Source: an uncultured delta proteobacterium
Lineage (GTDB): Bacteria > Desulfobacterota > Binatia > HRBIN30 > BPIQ01
DNA: 64,000 nucleotides
Reading direction: 5' to 3'
Assembly: GCA_963761335.1 (NCBI GenBank)
Contig: CAVXGR010000012.1
Location: 64,001-128,000 of the forward strand
Shown: piece by piece, positions 10,443-19,741 of the stretch
Numbering within the stretch: position 1 is the stretch's first letter
Layout of the letters: each line of letters begins with the position of its first letter
Program-made: the position numbers and the translations under genes
Notes under the pieces: model-generated
What the model was told of the DNA's origin: nothing
Database searches by the model: none
Seen by the model: the letters and a program-made list of their open reading frames with translations, nothing else

Positions 10443-10921
10443 ATGGATTGTGCTCCGCGGGGGTGCCGACACGGAATCGCCGGCGTTTCCTGCGATTGCG
10501 GTACGGCAGCGGTGGGCCGACGTGATCACTTGATCGGGGCCGGTATCAGGAACATTGAGGCCGGCCCGGCGCAAGATGGGCGTCTCAATGTCAGCATCTT
10601 CCAGGCGCCGATGAGCCAGTTGCACGGTATCCGCGCCGCGGGAGAGGAGAGCGAGCCTCGCGGCGACGCATATGGCGGCGGTGAGCGAATGCCGCGCGGC
10701 TCGGCGGGAGCCTCGCCCTCCCGGCGGCCCGAGCGCAAAACGCTCTAAGACCTCATTCGCTTCTGGGCCAACAGTGTGATCAGGAAGGTGTCGGCCTGTA
10801 CCGACTGGCGCACAACCTGCCAGTCCGCCAATGCCTTTTCCGCTTGCTCCACGAGGTCCAGGGACGCGGGGCGGCGGCGAGTTGCGGCCGAGATCGCGGG
10901 CGCGGCAGAGCGGCAGCCGGC

Positions 10922-11787
10922 TCATGCCCGCCGCCGTTCGATCGCCGCCTTTCTGGGTGCCGGCCGCGGCTCGCCGGCGAGCTCGAGATAGAGCGATAGA
11001 GCTTCTCGTCGAGCTGGGGGAGGTCCCGCTCGACGGCGAGCGCCAGGAGCTCGGCGGCGGTGTTGACGAGCACGCGGCGGTTCCCGAGCGCATGCTCGCT
11101 GAGCGTCTGCATGAGCCCGGGAGTCATGAGCTTCGCATTGCCGGCCGGGCTGTGCGATCAGGTGTCGCAGACAGGCGAGAAGCTCCTCGGGTGTCGCGGG
11201 CTCGAGCCCGAGGCGAATGCGAATGCGCGAGCCGAGCGGCAGGAGCTCCTCCTGGCGCAGCTTGTCTGTCAGCCGGCTATCGCTGGCGAACACGACGGTG
11301 AGCAGCGAGCGGGAGTCGAAGCTTGCGCTCGAGAGGAGTCGCAGCTCGTTGAGGACGATCGGCGCCATCTCCTGCGCCTCGTCGACGAGCAGCACGGGGC
11401 GCACGAGGGTGGCCTCGAAGTGCTGCTGCCAGCGCTCGCGCAGCGTCTTGGAGCCGGCCCAGCGGTTGTGGGGGCGAAGCGGCACACCGAAGAGATCGCC
11501 GAGCTCGCGGTAGAAGTCGGCGAGATTCCCTTGGGGGCGCGCCAAGGCACCGACTTGGACCTCCGGCAGCCGCTCGAGCCGCTCGGAGAGAAGCCGGAGA
11601 CCACGCTCTTGCCCGCCCGGGGATCTCCGGTCACCAGGGCAAAGCAGCCTTCTCTGATCTGCGCCTTCTAGATGCGGCGGAGGAAGTACTCGATTGCCGG
11701 CGTCGGTAAGAGCGCCTCGGTCGGTACGGCCGGAGAGAAGGGATTCCACTTGAGCCCGAAGGGGGCGAGCAGAGGATCGTTCATCAT
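10922..11787 (-). pseudogene. ExeA-family AAA ATPase of a two-gene transposon, degraded
   Basis: Starts MMNDPLLAPFGLKWNPFSP. In-frame TAG at 11668-11670. Walker A (GDPRAGKS) and Walker B (LLVDEAQ) fall in different frames. Confidence 0.8.
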
Positions 11788-12174
11788 TGGTCTTCTCCTT
11801 CTCCTTTGTTGGTCTTGGAGTCCTTTGGCAGGTAGGCAGGCGGGAGCCCGGTGGCGGCGTACTGGGCGAGAAGCTCTGCCAGAAGCGGCGCCATCCCCGA
11901 GGCCGGTGGACCGGCTGTGCTCGTCGACTGCGCCGCCACAGGAGTGATGCGGCGGCGCCGCCCGCCGGCGTTGCTGCGCTTGTCGAGCGGGTAGAGCGGT
12001 ACCAGGATCTCCCCGGAGACCTGGTCGACGAGATCGACGTGAGAGAGGTCCCAGGTGGCGTACTGCAGGTGGAGAGTAAATGCTCGCCGCGCCCCGTATG
12101 GCGCGACGATGCGATAGCAGGCTAACTCAGCATCCGTGGTGGTGCGGCGGCGGGAGCGGAGGCGTGGCCGCGGA

Positions 12175-13692
12175 CTATGTCGTGTCCGCCGTGCAGATAT
12201 CGACCGGGAGGGTGACAGTGCCCGGGTTGGTGATCGCCCGGGCAGTTGCCTCGCGCAGGTAGTACGCCGGCTCGATGCCGCTGAGCTTCGCCGACTCGAT
12301 CAGGCTGTAGAAGAGCGCCGCCACCTCGGTTCCCCGGATCGACCGGGAGCCGTAGTGATTTTTTCTTCCGACGGCCACACCCCGGAGGACTCTCTCAGTC
12401 CCATTGTTGTCAAGGGGAATTTGCGAGTTTCCGAGAAATCGCGTGAACCCGGGCCAGAGGCTCTGCGCGTAGCCGATCGCCTTGCCGAGACTCGATTGCG
12501 GCAGCGCCGTCTTCGCCTGCTCGACCAGCCAGAGTCGTATCGCCTCCATCAGCTTCGCCGAGTCCGTGCGGCGCAGCTCCAGGAGCTTGGCCGGATCGCC
12601 CGACTCTCGGCCGCGCTCCTCGATCCGGTAGAGCCCGCGGATCAAGTCGATCGCCTGAGTCGCCTGCGGATAGTGCGGCTCCGCCTCAACGAATTTCCTC
12701 CGGCAGTGGGCCCAGCAGCAGGCGAGATCGAAGTCCGGTACGCCGTCCCCGTCCCGCGTCTGCTTCTGCAGCGCGCGGTAGGCACTGTACCCGTCGGCGA
12801 CCACGATGCCGTGGAACCCGCCGAGCACGGTGCCCGCCGCCTGTGCCGAACGCGAGGAGAGAATCTGGTAGAAGACAGCGTCGGGCCGGGTCACCGCCCA
12901 CACCCACCACTTCCCCGAGCTCTTGCCGTCCATGAGCTGCCAGGTGGTCTCGTCGGCGCCGACCACCGGCGCCCCGAGCACATAGTGCCGCAAGGCCTTG
13001 TAGGTGGGCTCCAGATGGCGCGAGAGGGCGAAGATCTGGTCCCACAGCGCCTGGGTGCCGACGGTGAGCCCCGCTCGCGCCATCTGCCGCACCTGGCGCG
13101 CCAAGGGCAGGTGATCGGTGTACTTGGAGACGGCCACCTCCACGGCGAACCCCACCGAGTAGCGGCCGCCCTCGATGAGCTTCTGCGGGCCCAACGCCGT
13201 CTCAATGCAGCCACAGGCGCAGCGGTACTTCTGCCGGCGGTGTCGGACAATGCGGAAGGAGCGCTCGACGACGTCGACCTCCTCCGCCTCCTCGAACTGC
13301 CCGTCCCACTCGGCAAGCGCGCCGCCACACTTGGGGCAGGCGCGGTCGGGCTCGTCGAGGTGATGGATCTCCTCCATGATCGGCAGCGAGGGCTGCGCCG
13401 TGGGGCCGTGGCCGCGCGTGGGTGCGGTGGTCGCCTCTGCGTTCGCCTTCTCCGCCGGCGGCGACGGCCGCTTCTCGGAGGAGCGGCCGAAGAGCGCCTG
13501 GTTGCGAGCGTCGAGCGTTTGCTGCAGAGCGCTGATCTCCAGCTGCAGCTGGGTGGCGACCTCGCCGCGGGCCTCGGCGAGCTTTCGGGTGAGCTCCAGG
13601 AGCCGGGCGTGGAGCCGCATGTTCTCGCGGTCGAGAAGGCGCGCCATCTCGCGTAGCCGCTCGATGTTGGTCTCCCGCTCGATGTCCACCAT
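12175..13692 (-). CDS. tnpC: IS66 transposase TnpC
   Basis: LFGRSSEK, CPKCGG zinc finger, DHLPLARQ, ADET, DGY, CWAHCRRKF, DNNGTER, GRKN. Confidence 0.95.
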   Translation of the reverse strand: MVDIERETNIERLREMARLLDRENMRLHARLLELTRKLAEARGEVATQLQLEISALQQTLDARNQALFGRSSEKRPSPPAEKANAEATTAPTRGHGPTAQPSLPIMEEIHHLDEPDRACPKCGGALAEWDGQFEEAEEVDVVERSFRIVRHRRQKYRCACGCIETALGPQKLIEGGRYSVGFAVEVAVSKYTDHLPLARQVRQMARAGLTVGTQALWDQIFALSRHLEPTYKALRHYVLGAPVVGADETTWQLMDGKSSGKWWVWAVTRPDAVFYQILSSRSAQAAGTVLGGFHGIVVADGYSAYRALQKQTRDGDGVPDFDLACCWAHCRRKFVEAEPHYPQATQAIDLIRGLYRIEERGRESGDPAKLLELRRTDSAKLMEAIRLWLVEQAKTALPQSSLGKAIGYAQSLWPGFTRFLGNSQIPLDNNGTERVLRGVAVGRKNHYGSRSIRGTEVAALFYSLIESAKLSGIEPAYYLREATARAITNPGTVTLPVDICTADTT

Positions 13693-13740
13693 GGAGCGTA
13701 TATACACCATCCACTTAGATAATGCAATAGTTACTTATGT

Positions 13741-14127
13741 CTAACTACGCCGATCACCTGTCTGCCGCCGGCCGGGCAGCTCGAAGGGCGGGGGCGAGAG
13801 CGGCACGCGGGTGACCATCCGGCACCCCTCGAGGAAGAGCGTCAGCTCCGTCACCGTGAGCACCACCGGCGCCGATACCGCCTCGACCCACAGCGAGGGG
13901 AAGCGTCCCTGCTCCAGTCGCTTGTGGTAGATGACGAGCCCGGTGCCGTCCCAGACGAGAACCTTGGCGCTGCGGCGACTCCGCGACACGAAGAGAAAGC
14001 AGTCCCCGGAGAGCACGTCGCGGCCGAGCTCGCCTGCCACAAGTCCGCTCAGGCCGTCGAAGCCCTTGCGCAGGTCGGCGGGCGCTGCATACGCCCACAC
14101 TCGCAGGTTGCGCGTGCTGCCGATCAC
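13741..14127 (-). CDS. tnpB: IS66 accessory protein TnpB
   Basis: DLRKGFDGL..F.FVSR..KVLVWDGTG..KRLEQGRF. Confidence 0.95.
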   Translation of the reverse strand: MIGSTRNLRVWAYAAPADLRKGFDGLSGLVAGELGRDVLSGDCFLFVSRSRRSAKVLVWDGTGLVIYHKRLEQGRFPSLWVEAVSAPVVLTVTELTLFLEGCRMVTRVPLSPPPFELPGRRQTGDRRS

Positions 14128-14492
14128 TGGAGCCCGCGCAGCACCGCCACTGCGTCCTCCGCGGCGAGCCCCTCCAGTCGCACGCCGGTCGGCATGACGA
14201 GCACGAGGCCGCCGCTACCAGCTCTCCCCTCCGGCTCGATCCGGACCGGCACCAGCTTCCGTGCAGCCGGCCCGGTCTCATCGGCGAGCCGCACCCAGCG
14301 CTGCACGGTGTACGGAGCCAGGCCCACCGAGTGCGCCAGCTCCCGCCAGCTGCGGCCCCTCTTCCGGCCTCGCCGTGCGTACTCGATCACGCGGCTGCGG
14401 ATCGGCCGTGGAACAGCCTCTGTCCGCCGGCGTCGCGCCAAGCGGGCCACGGCTTGTCGCAGCTCCCTTCCGTCCTCTACGTCCTTCGCCAT
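14124..14492 (-). CDS. tnpA: IS66 TnpA-like HTH protein
   Basis: HTH-like segment and position directly upstream of tnpB, overlapping it. GAGGAGG RBS. Confidence 0.8.
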   Translation of the reverse strand: MAKDVEDGRELRQAVARLARRRRTEAVPRPIRSRVIEYARRGRKRGRSWRELAHSVGLAPYTVQRWVRLADETGPAARKLVPVRIEPEGRAGSGGLVLVMPTGVRLEGLAAEDAVAVLRGLQ

Positions 14493-15770
14493 CAGCGTCA
14501 CCTCCTCGGCCGCTGATGTGCCACGGGTCACCCCGGTCGACTAGCCGGGGCAGGGCGAGCACTTACGGTGGAGACGCTAGAGGTGGCGGAAGCGCGCCGG
14601 CACTTCAAAGCGGCGGCCGAGGAGCGAGAGCGTGCCGTCGCTGCGGCGCTGGGTGCGCACGGCCTCGGCGCGAAAGGCGCATCGCAGCTCCGCGGGCGAG
14701 GGGCCCGGGCGGCCGAGGCTCGGAGCGGCGAGATAGCGCTCGAGGGGTGTCGAGCCGAGCTCGCGGTGGAGGCGGCGGTGGTACTCGAGCTCCACCCAGG
14801 CCTGCGTCGCCTCGTTGAGACGCTCGAGGCTCAAGTCGTCGACGCCTTCGATCATGGCCATGAGCCGTCCCTCCACCTGTGCCCAGAAGACCTCCTGCTT
14901 GGCGTTCTGGTAGGCGGCGTAGGCGAGCGTGCGGTGGTGCACGATCGAGAGCCCGGCGAGCCCGGCGCGGGTCTCGGCGGCGAGCATCGCCGGGCCGTTG
15001 TCGGTCAGGAGCGCGCGCGGGAGACCGCGCTTCAAGATCGCCTGGGTGAGCGCGTGGACGAAGCACTCGGCGGTCTCCTCGAGGTACCACTGGAGATGGC
15101 AGACCAGGCGCGAGTGGTCGTCGAGGAAGCACACCAGCAGAGGCGTGGCCCAGGCGCCGCCCGCCGTCAGCACCTTGCGCGAGCCGTGGTGGAAGTCGGT
15201 GTGCCAGAGCGCGTGGGTGTGTGCCACCTCGTAGCTGCGTACCTCGAAGTCTCCGGTGCTGTGGCGGACCTCCTCCCGCCTGCCGCTGCGGCGGGATGGC
15301 CGCCTGCGAATGAGACCCTCGGCGCGCAGGAAGCGGGCGACGGAGTGAGACGAAGGCAGGGGAGCTCGCGGAGCTCGGGGGACTCGGCCAGGCGGGCTGG
15401 GAGATTGTCGTAGTGAAGCCGGACCGTCCAGGTGGGATGGTCCTCGTACTGCTCGCGGAGCACCGTGCGGAGTGCGAGGGGCAAGCTCGGGCGCGAGCCG
15501 CGGGCGCGGGCGAGAGCCCCGACCGGATCGCGGCTGGTGCGCGCGGCATACAGCCAGCGCTCGATGGTCGAGCGCCCGAAGGGCACCGGCTCGCCGGTCC
15601 TCGGGTGGCGCCACGACTTGTCGGCCAAGCGCGCGATCTCCCCCTGCAGCTCGCCGCGGGCGGGCGGTGCCGCGAGGAGCGGCCCCACCACCGCAAAGCG
15701 CAGCCGCGCCTAGCTTCCGCGCAAGCGACCCACAGCGAGGAAGTGCGAGCTGATTGGTCAAAACGGAGCG

Positions 15771-16706
15771 CTATCTGTTGAACAATGGGAGCTGATCCGG
15801 CGGCACCGGCTTCGATTCTGTTCCCCCAGCAGAAAACAAATACTCGCCATTGGGGTCGTGCGCCTCGTGGCGCTTCAGGGCAAGGTCACGGTTGATGACC
15901 GCGTAGCAGTAAACACACCCGTGTGGGCAGGTGTCGTAATCGCCAATGTCCTTCGACGCAAAGCAGCCACATCCTTGCCGCATGCCGCCAAGCCGCGCAC
16001 GGAATCGATAACCGCCTATGTCCATCAGGCGGTCCGCATCAATGCACCGCGCTTCCTTAACCCCACCGATAAGCAAGTCCGGTTGTGTGCAAATGGCAAG
16101 GGTCATCTTATTCTGAGCAGCGATGCCCACGAGGTCCGCGAGGAGCTGGCGTTTCGTCTCCGCGGACGGCTCGTACCACTCGAATCCATTCTCCCGAGCT
16201 GCCAGGTCCAAGTTCCGCTTGGTCTTCTTGTAAAGCTGGAGAAACGACACAACGACCTCGTCGGTCGCGCCCGACAGGCGCCTTGCCAGGCGCTCGAAAT
16301 TTCTGCGGTGGAAGTCAGCATCTGTGAGCGTTGAGAGGATGATGGTGTCGTATCGCCACACAAGGGCCCGAGGACCATATCGTTTGGCCAGAGCGCACAC
16401 ATTGTCCACCGCTCGATCGGCGTCCACCACGCGGGATTCCAAGGCACGTGGATACGCGTTGATCGTGTGCTGGACAACGAATGGAAACCCGTCAGCGTGG
16501 ACGTCATCCAAGACCGCGATGAAGGGTCCGACGTTCTTCGTCCAAAAGACGAAGCCGTTGACGTCCTGGCGCTTCAGGGAGATCGTGTATGATTGATGCC
16601 GGCTGTAGGGATTCACCATCTTGCAGTACCCGGCCCGGAGTCGGTTGCGGAACCATTCACCATAGAAGGTGGGAATGTCCGTCTTATAGCTTGCTGAGAT
16701 GATCAT
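15771..16706 (-). CDS. DUF1848 family protein (radical-SAM-like CxxxCxxC at C-terminus)
   Basis: MIISASYKTDIPTFYGEWF, FVFWTKN, WRYDTI, CGC..SKDIG.YDTCPHGCVYCYA. Confidence 0.9.
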   Translation of the reverse strand: MIISASYKTDIPTFYGEWFRNRLRAGYCKMVNPYSRHQSYTISLKRQDVNGFVFWTKNVGPFIAVLDDVHADGFPFVVQHTINAYPRALESRVVDADRAVDNVCALAKRYGPRALVWRYDTIILSTLTDADFHRRNFERLARRLSGATDEVVVSFLQLYKKTKRNLDLAARENGFEWYEPSAETKRQLLADLVGIAAQNKMTLAICTQPDLLIGGVKEARCIDADRLMDIGGYRFRARLGGMRQGCGCFASKDIGDYDTCPHGCVYCYAVINRDLALKRHEAHDPNGEYLFSAGGTESKPVPPDQLPLFNR

Positions 16707-16712
16707 CCCGCC

Positions 16713-17540
16713 TTACGGCTTCACGACAACTCGGTATGCGACAGCACCTTCCAGACGCGGCAGGCTGCCGAATTTTGTGAGGTACGGGCCCAAAGCAGTC
16801 TTTTCTTCATCAAAGGGCATCTTCATTGTCCCATTGAAGCGTCGCAACTCCTTGAGGCCGTTCTCGGCCACCAGGCGATCGAACCAGCCAGTAAAGAGAC
16901 TGTGGTCATTGTCCACGAAGATGAAGTAAGCGCCCGACTTCGCCTTCTTCAAGACGTTGTCAAAGTACGCTTCGGCCTCCGACCGCCGCGCGTACACCTC
17001 TGAGACGAAGTAGACCACGGTGAAGAGATCAGCCGCCAGGTACTTGAACTGTTGTTGCCATTTCGTCCCGCAGACGTCCTGCGGGAGGTACGTCACCTGC
17101 AGCTTGGGGTAGCCCAGGCGTTTCCCGACATCACTCCAGGATTCGCTCCAAAGATCCTCTCGATCGCAGATGTGGCATTGGATGGCGGGGTCTTTCTGCA
17201 CGGAAGTGAGATATTTCAGGATGCCGACGAGGTCGCTGCCTGGTCCTCCGCCTAGGCAAGCGACTGCGACTTCATTGCGGTCAAATAAGCTCTCGAGTCC
17301 CGGAACGTTCCGGATGATCGAGTAGACCAAGTTGGCGTACGATGTCACATACGTATACACGTACGCAAAACGCCGCACGGGATCCGCATAGTCTGGACCA
17401 CCCGTTTGCCAGACCTGCGCGTACCCCTTCCTCAGATCCGCCATGGCCTGTTGGATCTTCGCGTCCTTTTCTGGCTCGGATCCGCTGGTCGCATGGTATG
17501 CCTCATCCAAGACGTCTTTCACGAGTTCGAAGCAATTCAC
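16713..17540 (-). CDS. Class I SAM-dependent methyltransferase-like protein
   Basis: VACLGGGPGSDLVG motif I, CHICD motif II and a later GAYFIFVD. GTG start with GGGAGAG RBS. Confidence 0.7.
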   Translation of the reverse strand: MNCFELVKDVLDEAYHATSGSEPEKDAKIQQAMADLRKGYAQVWQTGGPDYADPVRRFAYVYTYVTSYANLVYSIIRNVPGLESLFDRNEVAVACLGGGPGSDLVGILKYLTSVQKDPAIQCHICDREDLWSESWSDVGKRLGYPKLQVTYLPQDVCGTKWQQQFKYLAADLFTVVYFVSEVYARRSEAEAYFDNVLKKAKSGAYFIFVDNDHSLFTGWFDRLVAENGLKELRRFNGTMKMPFDEEKTALGPYLTKFGSLPRLEGAVAYRVVVKP

Positions 17541-17595
17541 TTCGTCTCTCCCTCGGCCAGTTGGTTTTGATGTCGCGCCCTGTCCGCCGGAGAAA

Positions 17596-18171
17596 CTACC
17601 CTTCCATATCGGAAACCGCAAGCGCGTCGGTCATCACATCGGCAGTTGGCACAGTGCTGGCCGTACCCGGGCGGGCACTCACTAACTTACCGCGAAATGT
17701 GCGAAGGACTTGCTCGTTGATGTGGCGCGGGTTCGGTTCGTGGATGGTCGTGCCGATGCGAAAAGCACGCTGCCGACCCAAAGCTCCCGTTCGGACCAGG
17801 TCGACCATGAGACCAAGTCCGCGGCGCCAAGCGACGTTGCGCTGCTTGCATGCCTTCCCGACGGCACCGTCGTTCGACAAGCACGTCCAGCCGTACTCCT
17901 CGCAGGCGATGACACAGAGCCGATCGCTGAACGAGAGCGCCGGTGTGACGTTACTCGCTCGGAGCAGCAAAGCTGTAGGAGGGCGGACGACGGCGATGGC
18001 GAGCTCGCGACAGCGGCGAATGTTCAGCTCTTTGACCTCCTGCAGGACTTCCCGAAGGACCCGGAGCGGTCCAATATGCCGGGAGACGAGCTGGAGGATC
18101 GAGGGGTCAGAATGCGCGTAGTCGATGAGGACATCGGCGTCCGCGAGCAGGATCTCGGGTTCGGACGCCAT
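17596..18171 (-). CDS. PIN-domain-like protein (putative RNase toxin)
   Basis: LLADADVLID..V..E..LSFSD..C...A...CLSND fits the PIN acidic pattern. Starts immediately after the XRE-peptidase stop (TGA ATG). Confidence 0.75.
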   Translation of the reverse strand: MASEPEILLADADVLIDYAHSDPSILQLVSRHIGPLRVLREVLQEVKELNIRRCRELAIAVVRPPTALLLRASNVTPALSFSDRLCVIACEEYGWTCLSNDGAVGKACKQRNVAWRRGLGLMVDLVRTGALGRQRAFRIGTTIHEPNPRHINEQVLRTFRGKLVSARPGTASTVPTADVMTDALAVSDMEG

Positions 18172-19305
18172 TCATGCGACCCAGTCCCGGGCACGGCGCC
18201 GCATCTCTTCGCGTGAAAGGCCGAGGATCTCGGCCGCTCGGCCGAGTGAGATCACCCCTTGATCCACGGCCTCCCGGACGAGTCGGGCCAGACGATCCTC
18301 GCGAAAGTCGTTTTCGGAAAGGGCGTCGGGTTCGCCGGCGCGATACCAGCTCCAGGCGAACTCGCACTTCTCGACTCGGGATCCGGGTTCGTCGGCCTTC
18401 TTCAAGGTCTTGCCGTAGTAGTGCTTGTGCTGAACCTGAAACGCCTGCCAGGCATCCTTGGTGAGTCGGCCGGTTTCGATCAAACGGTAAAGAACGGTCT
18501 TGTAACTGACGCGAAACATGCGCTTCACCTTGAGCACGCGATAGACGAGTGGCTGGCCGCTCGTCTCTTCCCACTCTGATGCGAAGACCTTCTCGGGCAT
18601 CAAGAAATGGCTGGCGAAGGCGTCGGCTTCTCGCTCGGTGTGCTCGGGTTCCGTGGTTTCCTCGCGCTTGTATTCCTGGCGATGCAAAAGCAGGTGGCCG
18701 AGCTCGTGCGCGGCGGTGAAGATCCAGCGTTCCACCGAGATCCGGTTCCAGAGATTGACAACGATTGCAGGCCCGCCGTCCCGCTCGGCGATGCTGAGGC
18801 CGAAGAAGGCATCCGTGCTCTTTGGCAACAGCAGGACTTTAATGCCGCTTTCTTCGAGAAGGCCGCAGATATCACGCACAGGCTCGCTGTCCTCGATCCC
18901 GAAGGCCTCGCGTGTTGCCAGGGCGAGACTGCCCGGCTCAGCAGGTCGAGTTCCCTTTGGGAGCGCGGCTTTTTGCGTCTGCTTCAGTTCGGCTTCGAGC
19001 CAGCAATACGCTTCGAGCCAGCGCGACACCTCGGCGAGGATCTGTTCGCGGCCGTGCAGGCGAGAGCGTGCGCGGAAACGAACCGTCTCGAGAGGGCGGA
19101 CAGCGGTGACCAGCTCTGCAACGGACGCGTTCAGCGCCGAGGCCAGATCGTCCAGAGTCCTGCTGCGCGGCATGACCTCGCCACGCTCAATCTTGCCCAG
19201 CGCCAACCTCGATAGGCCGGCCTTTGCTGCGAGCACTTCCTGGCTCAGATCCCGATCGGCCCGTAGCCGCGCGACATTCTGTCCGATGATGTTTGATTCA
19301 GGCAT
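18172..19305 (-). CDS. XRE HTH fused to ImmA/IrrE (COG2856) zinc metallopeptidase
   Basis: N-terminal RLRADRDLSQEVLAAKAGLSR..IERG. FTAAHELGH and EREADAFASHFLMP. Confidence 0.92.
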   Translation of the reverse strand: MPESNIIGQNVARLRADRDLSQEVLAAKAGLSRLALGKIERGEVMPRSRTLDDLASALNASVAELVTAVRPLETVRFRARSRLHGREQILAEVSRWLEAYCWLEAELKQTQKAALPKGTRPAEPGSLALATREAFGIEDSEPVRDICGLLEESGIKVLLLPKSTDAFFGLSIAERDGGPAIVVNLWNRISVERWIFTAAHELGHLLLHRQEYKREETTEPEHTEREADAFASHFLMPEKVFASEWEETSGQPLVYRVLKVKRMFRVSYKTVLYRLIETGRLTKDAWQAFQVQHKHYYGKTLKKADEPGSRVEKCEFAWSWYRAGEPDALSENDFREDRLARLVREAVDQGVISLGRAAEILGLSREEMRRRARDWVA

Positions 19306-19741
19306 ACCTCCTCTCCCCTCCTGGCTCAGCCGGGCCGTGGGGAATGCCTCCGCCTTCCCACTGCCCGGTGATCAGCCACACCTCGTAGTACACCAACCAC
19401 TCCATCAACCACGGCACGATCGTGTACGCAACCAACATGTCCGAAGTCCAGCTCCGATCTCGGGGGAAGAAGAGGCATGGACGATCGGCCTCGTAGATGT
19501 GCGGAGGATCTTCCTCCCCGCGCTTTTGCAATCGAGGCTCTTCAACCCATACCCGGGGATCGCGAGGCATCTGGTACTCGATCCGGACACGATACCGGTC
19601 GGAACTAGGTCGGGGTTGAACGATTCCCCAGCAGCGCAAGCGGCTCGATTGAATGTCCCCACGGAAGCTCGGAAGTACGCGCGCCAGATGCTCGCGCTGG
19701 ATGGCAAGGCTCGTTGCACGACCGGTCAGCAAGCGACTCAC
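19298..19741 (-). CDS. Prokaryotic E2-like protein (CBASS type II-short ancillary)
   Basis: G.VQP..S..Y.V.I.Y..P.V, PPHIY..PCLF (His/Cys), IVPW..EWL.YYE.WL.TG.W.GGG. GTGA overlap with the CD-NTase stop. Confidence 0.85.
   Translation of the reverse strand: MSRLLTGRATSLAIQREHLARVLPSFRGDIQSSRLRCWGIVQPRPSSDRYRVRIEYQMPRDPRVWVEEPRLQKRGEEDPPHIYEADRPCLFFPRDRSWTSDMLVAYTIVPWLMEWLVYYEVWLITGQWEGGGIPHGPAEPGGERRYA

Larger units (their letters stand above)
12076..14566 (-). mobile_element. Complete IS66-family insertion sequence
   Basis: TIRs GTAAATGCTCGCCGCGCCCCG and GTAAGTGCTCGCCCTGCCCCG. 8-bp target duplication GGTGGAGA at 12068-12075 and 14567-14574. tnpA-tnpB-tnpC layout. Confidence 0.95.
11784..15750 (-). 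pseudogene. IS481-like DDE integrase/transposase with Mu-type C-terminus, degraded and split by IS66
   Basis: LWHTDFHHG, FLDDHSRL, TDNGPAM, KQEVFW, SDGTLSL..RFEVP. C-terminus YATWDLSHVDL..GLPPAYLPK at 11784-12075. Stops at 15710-15712 and 14577-14579, plus a frameshift near 15350. Confidence 0.8.
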
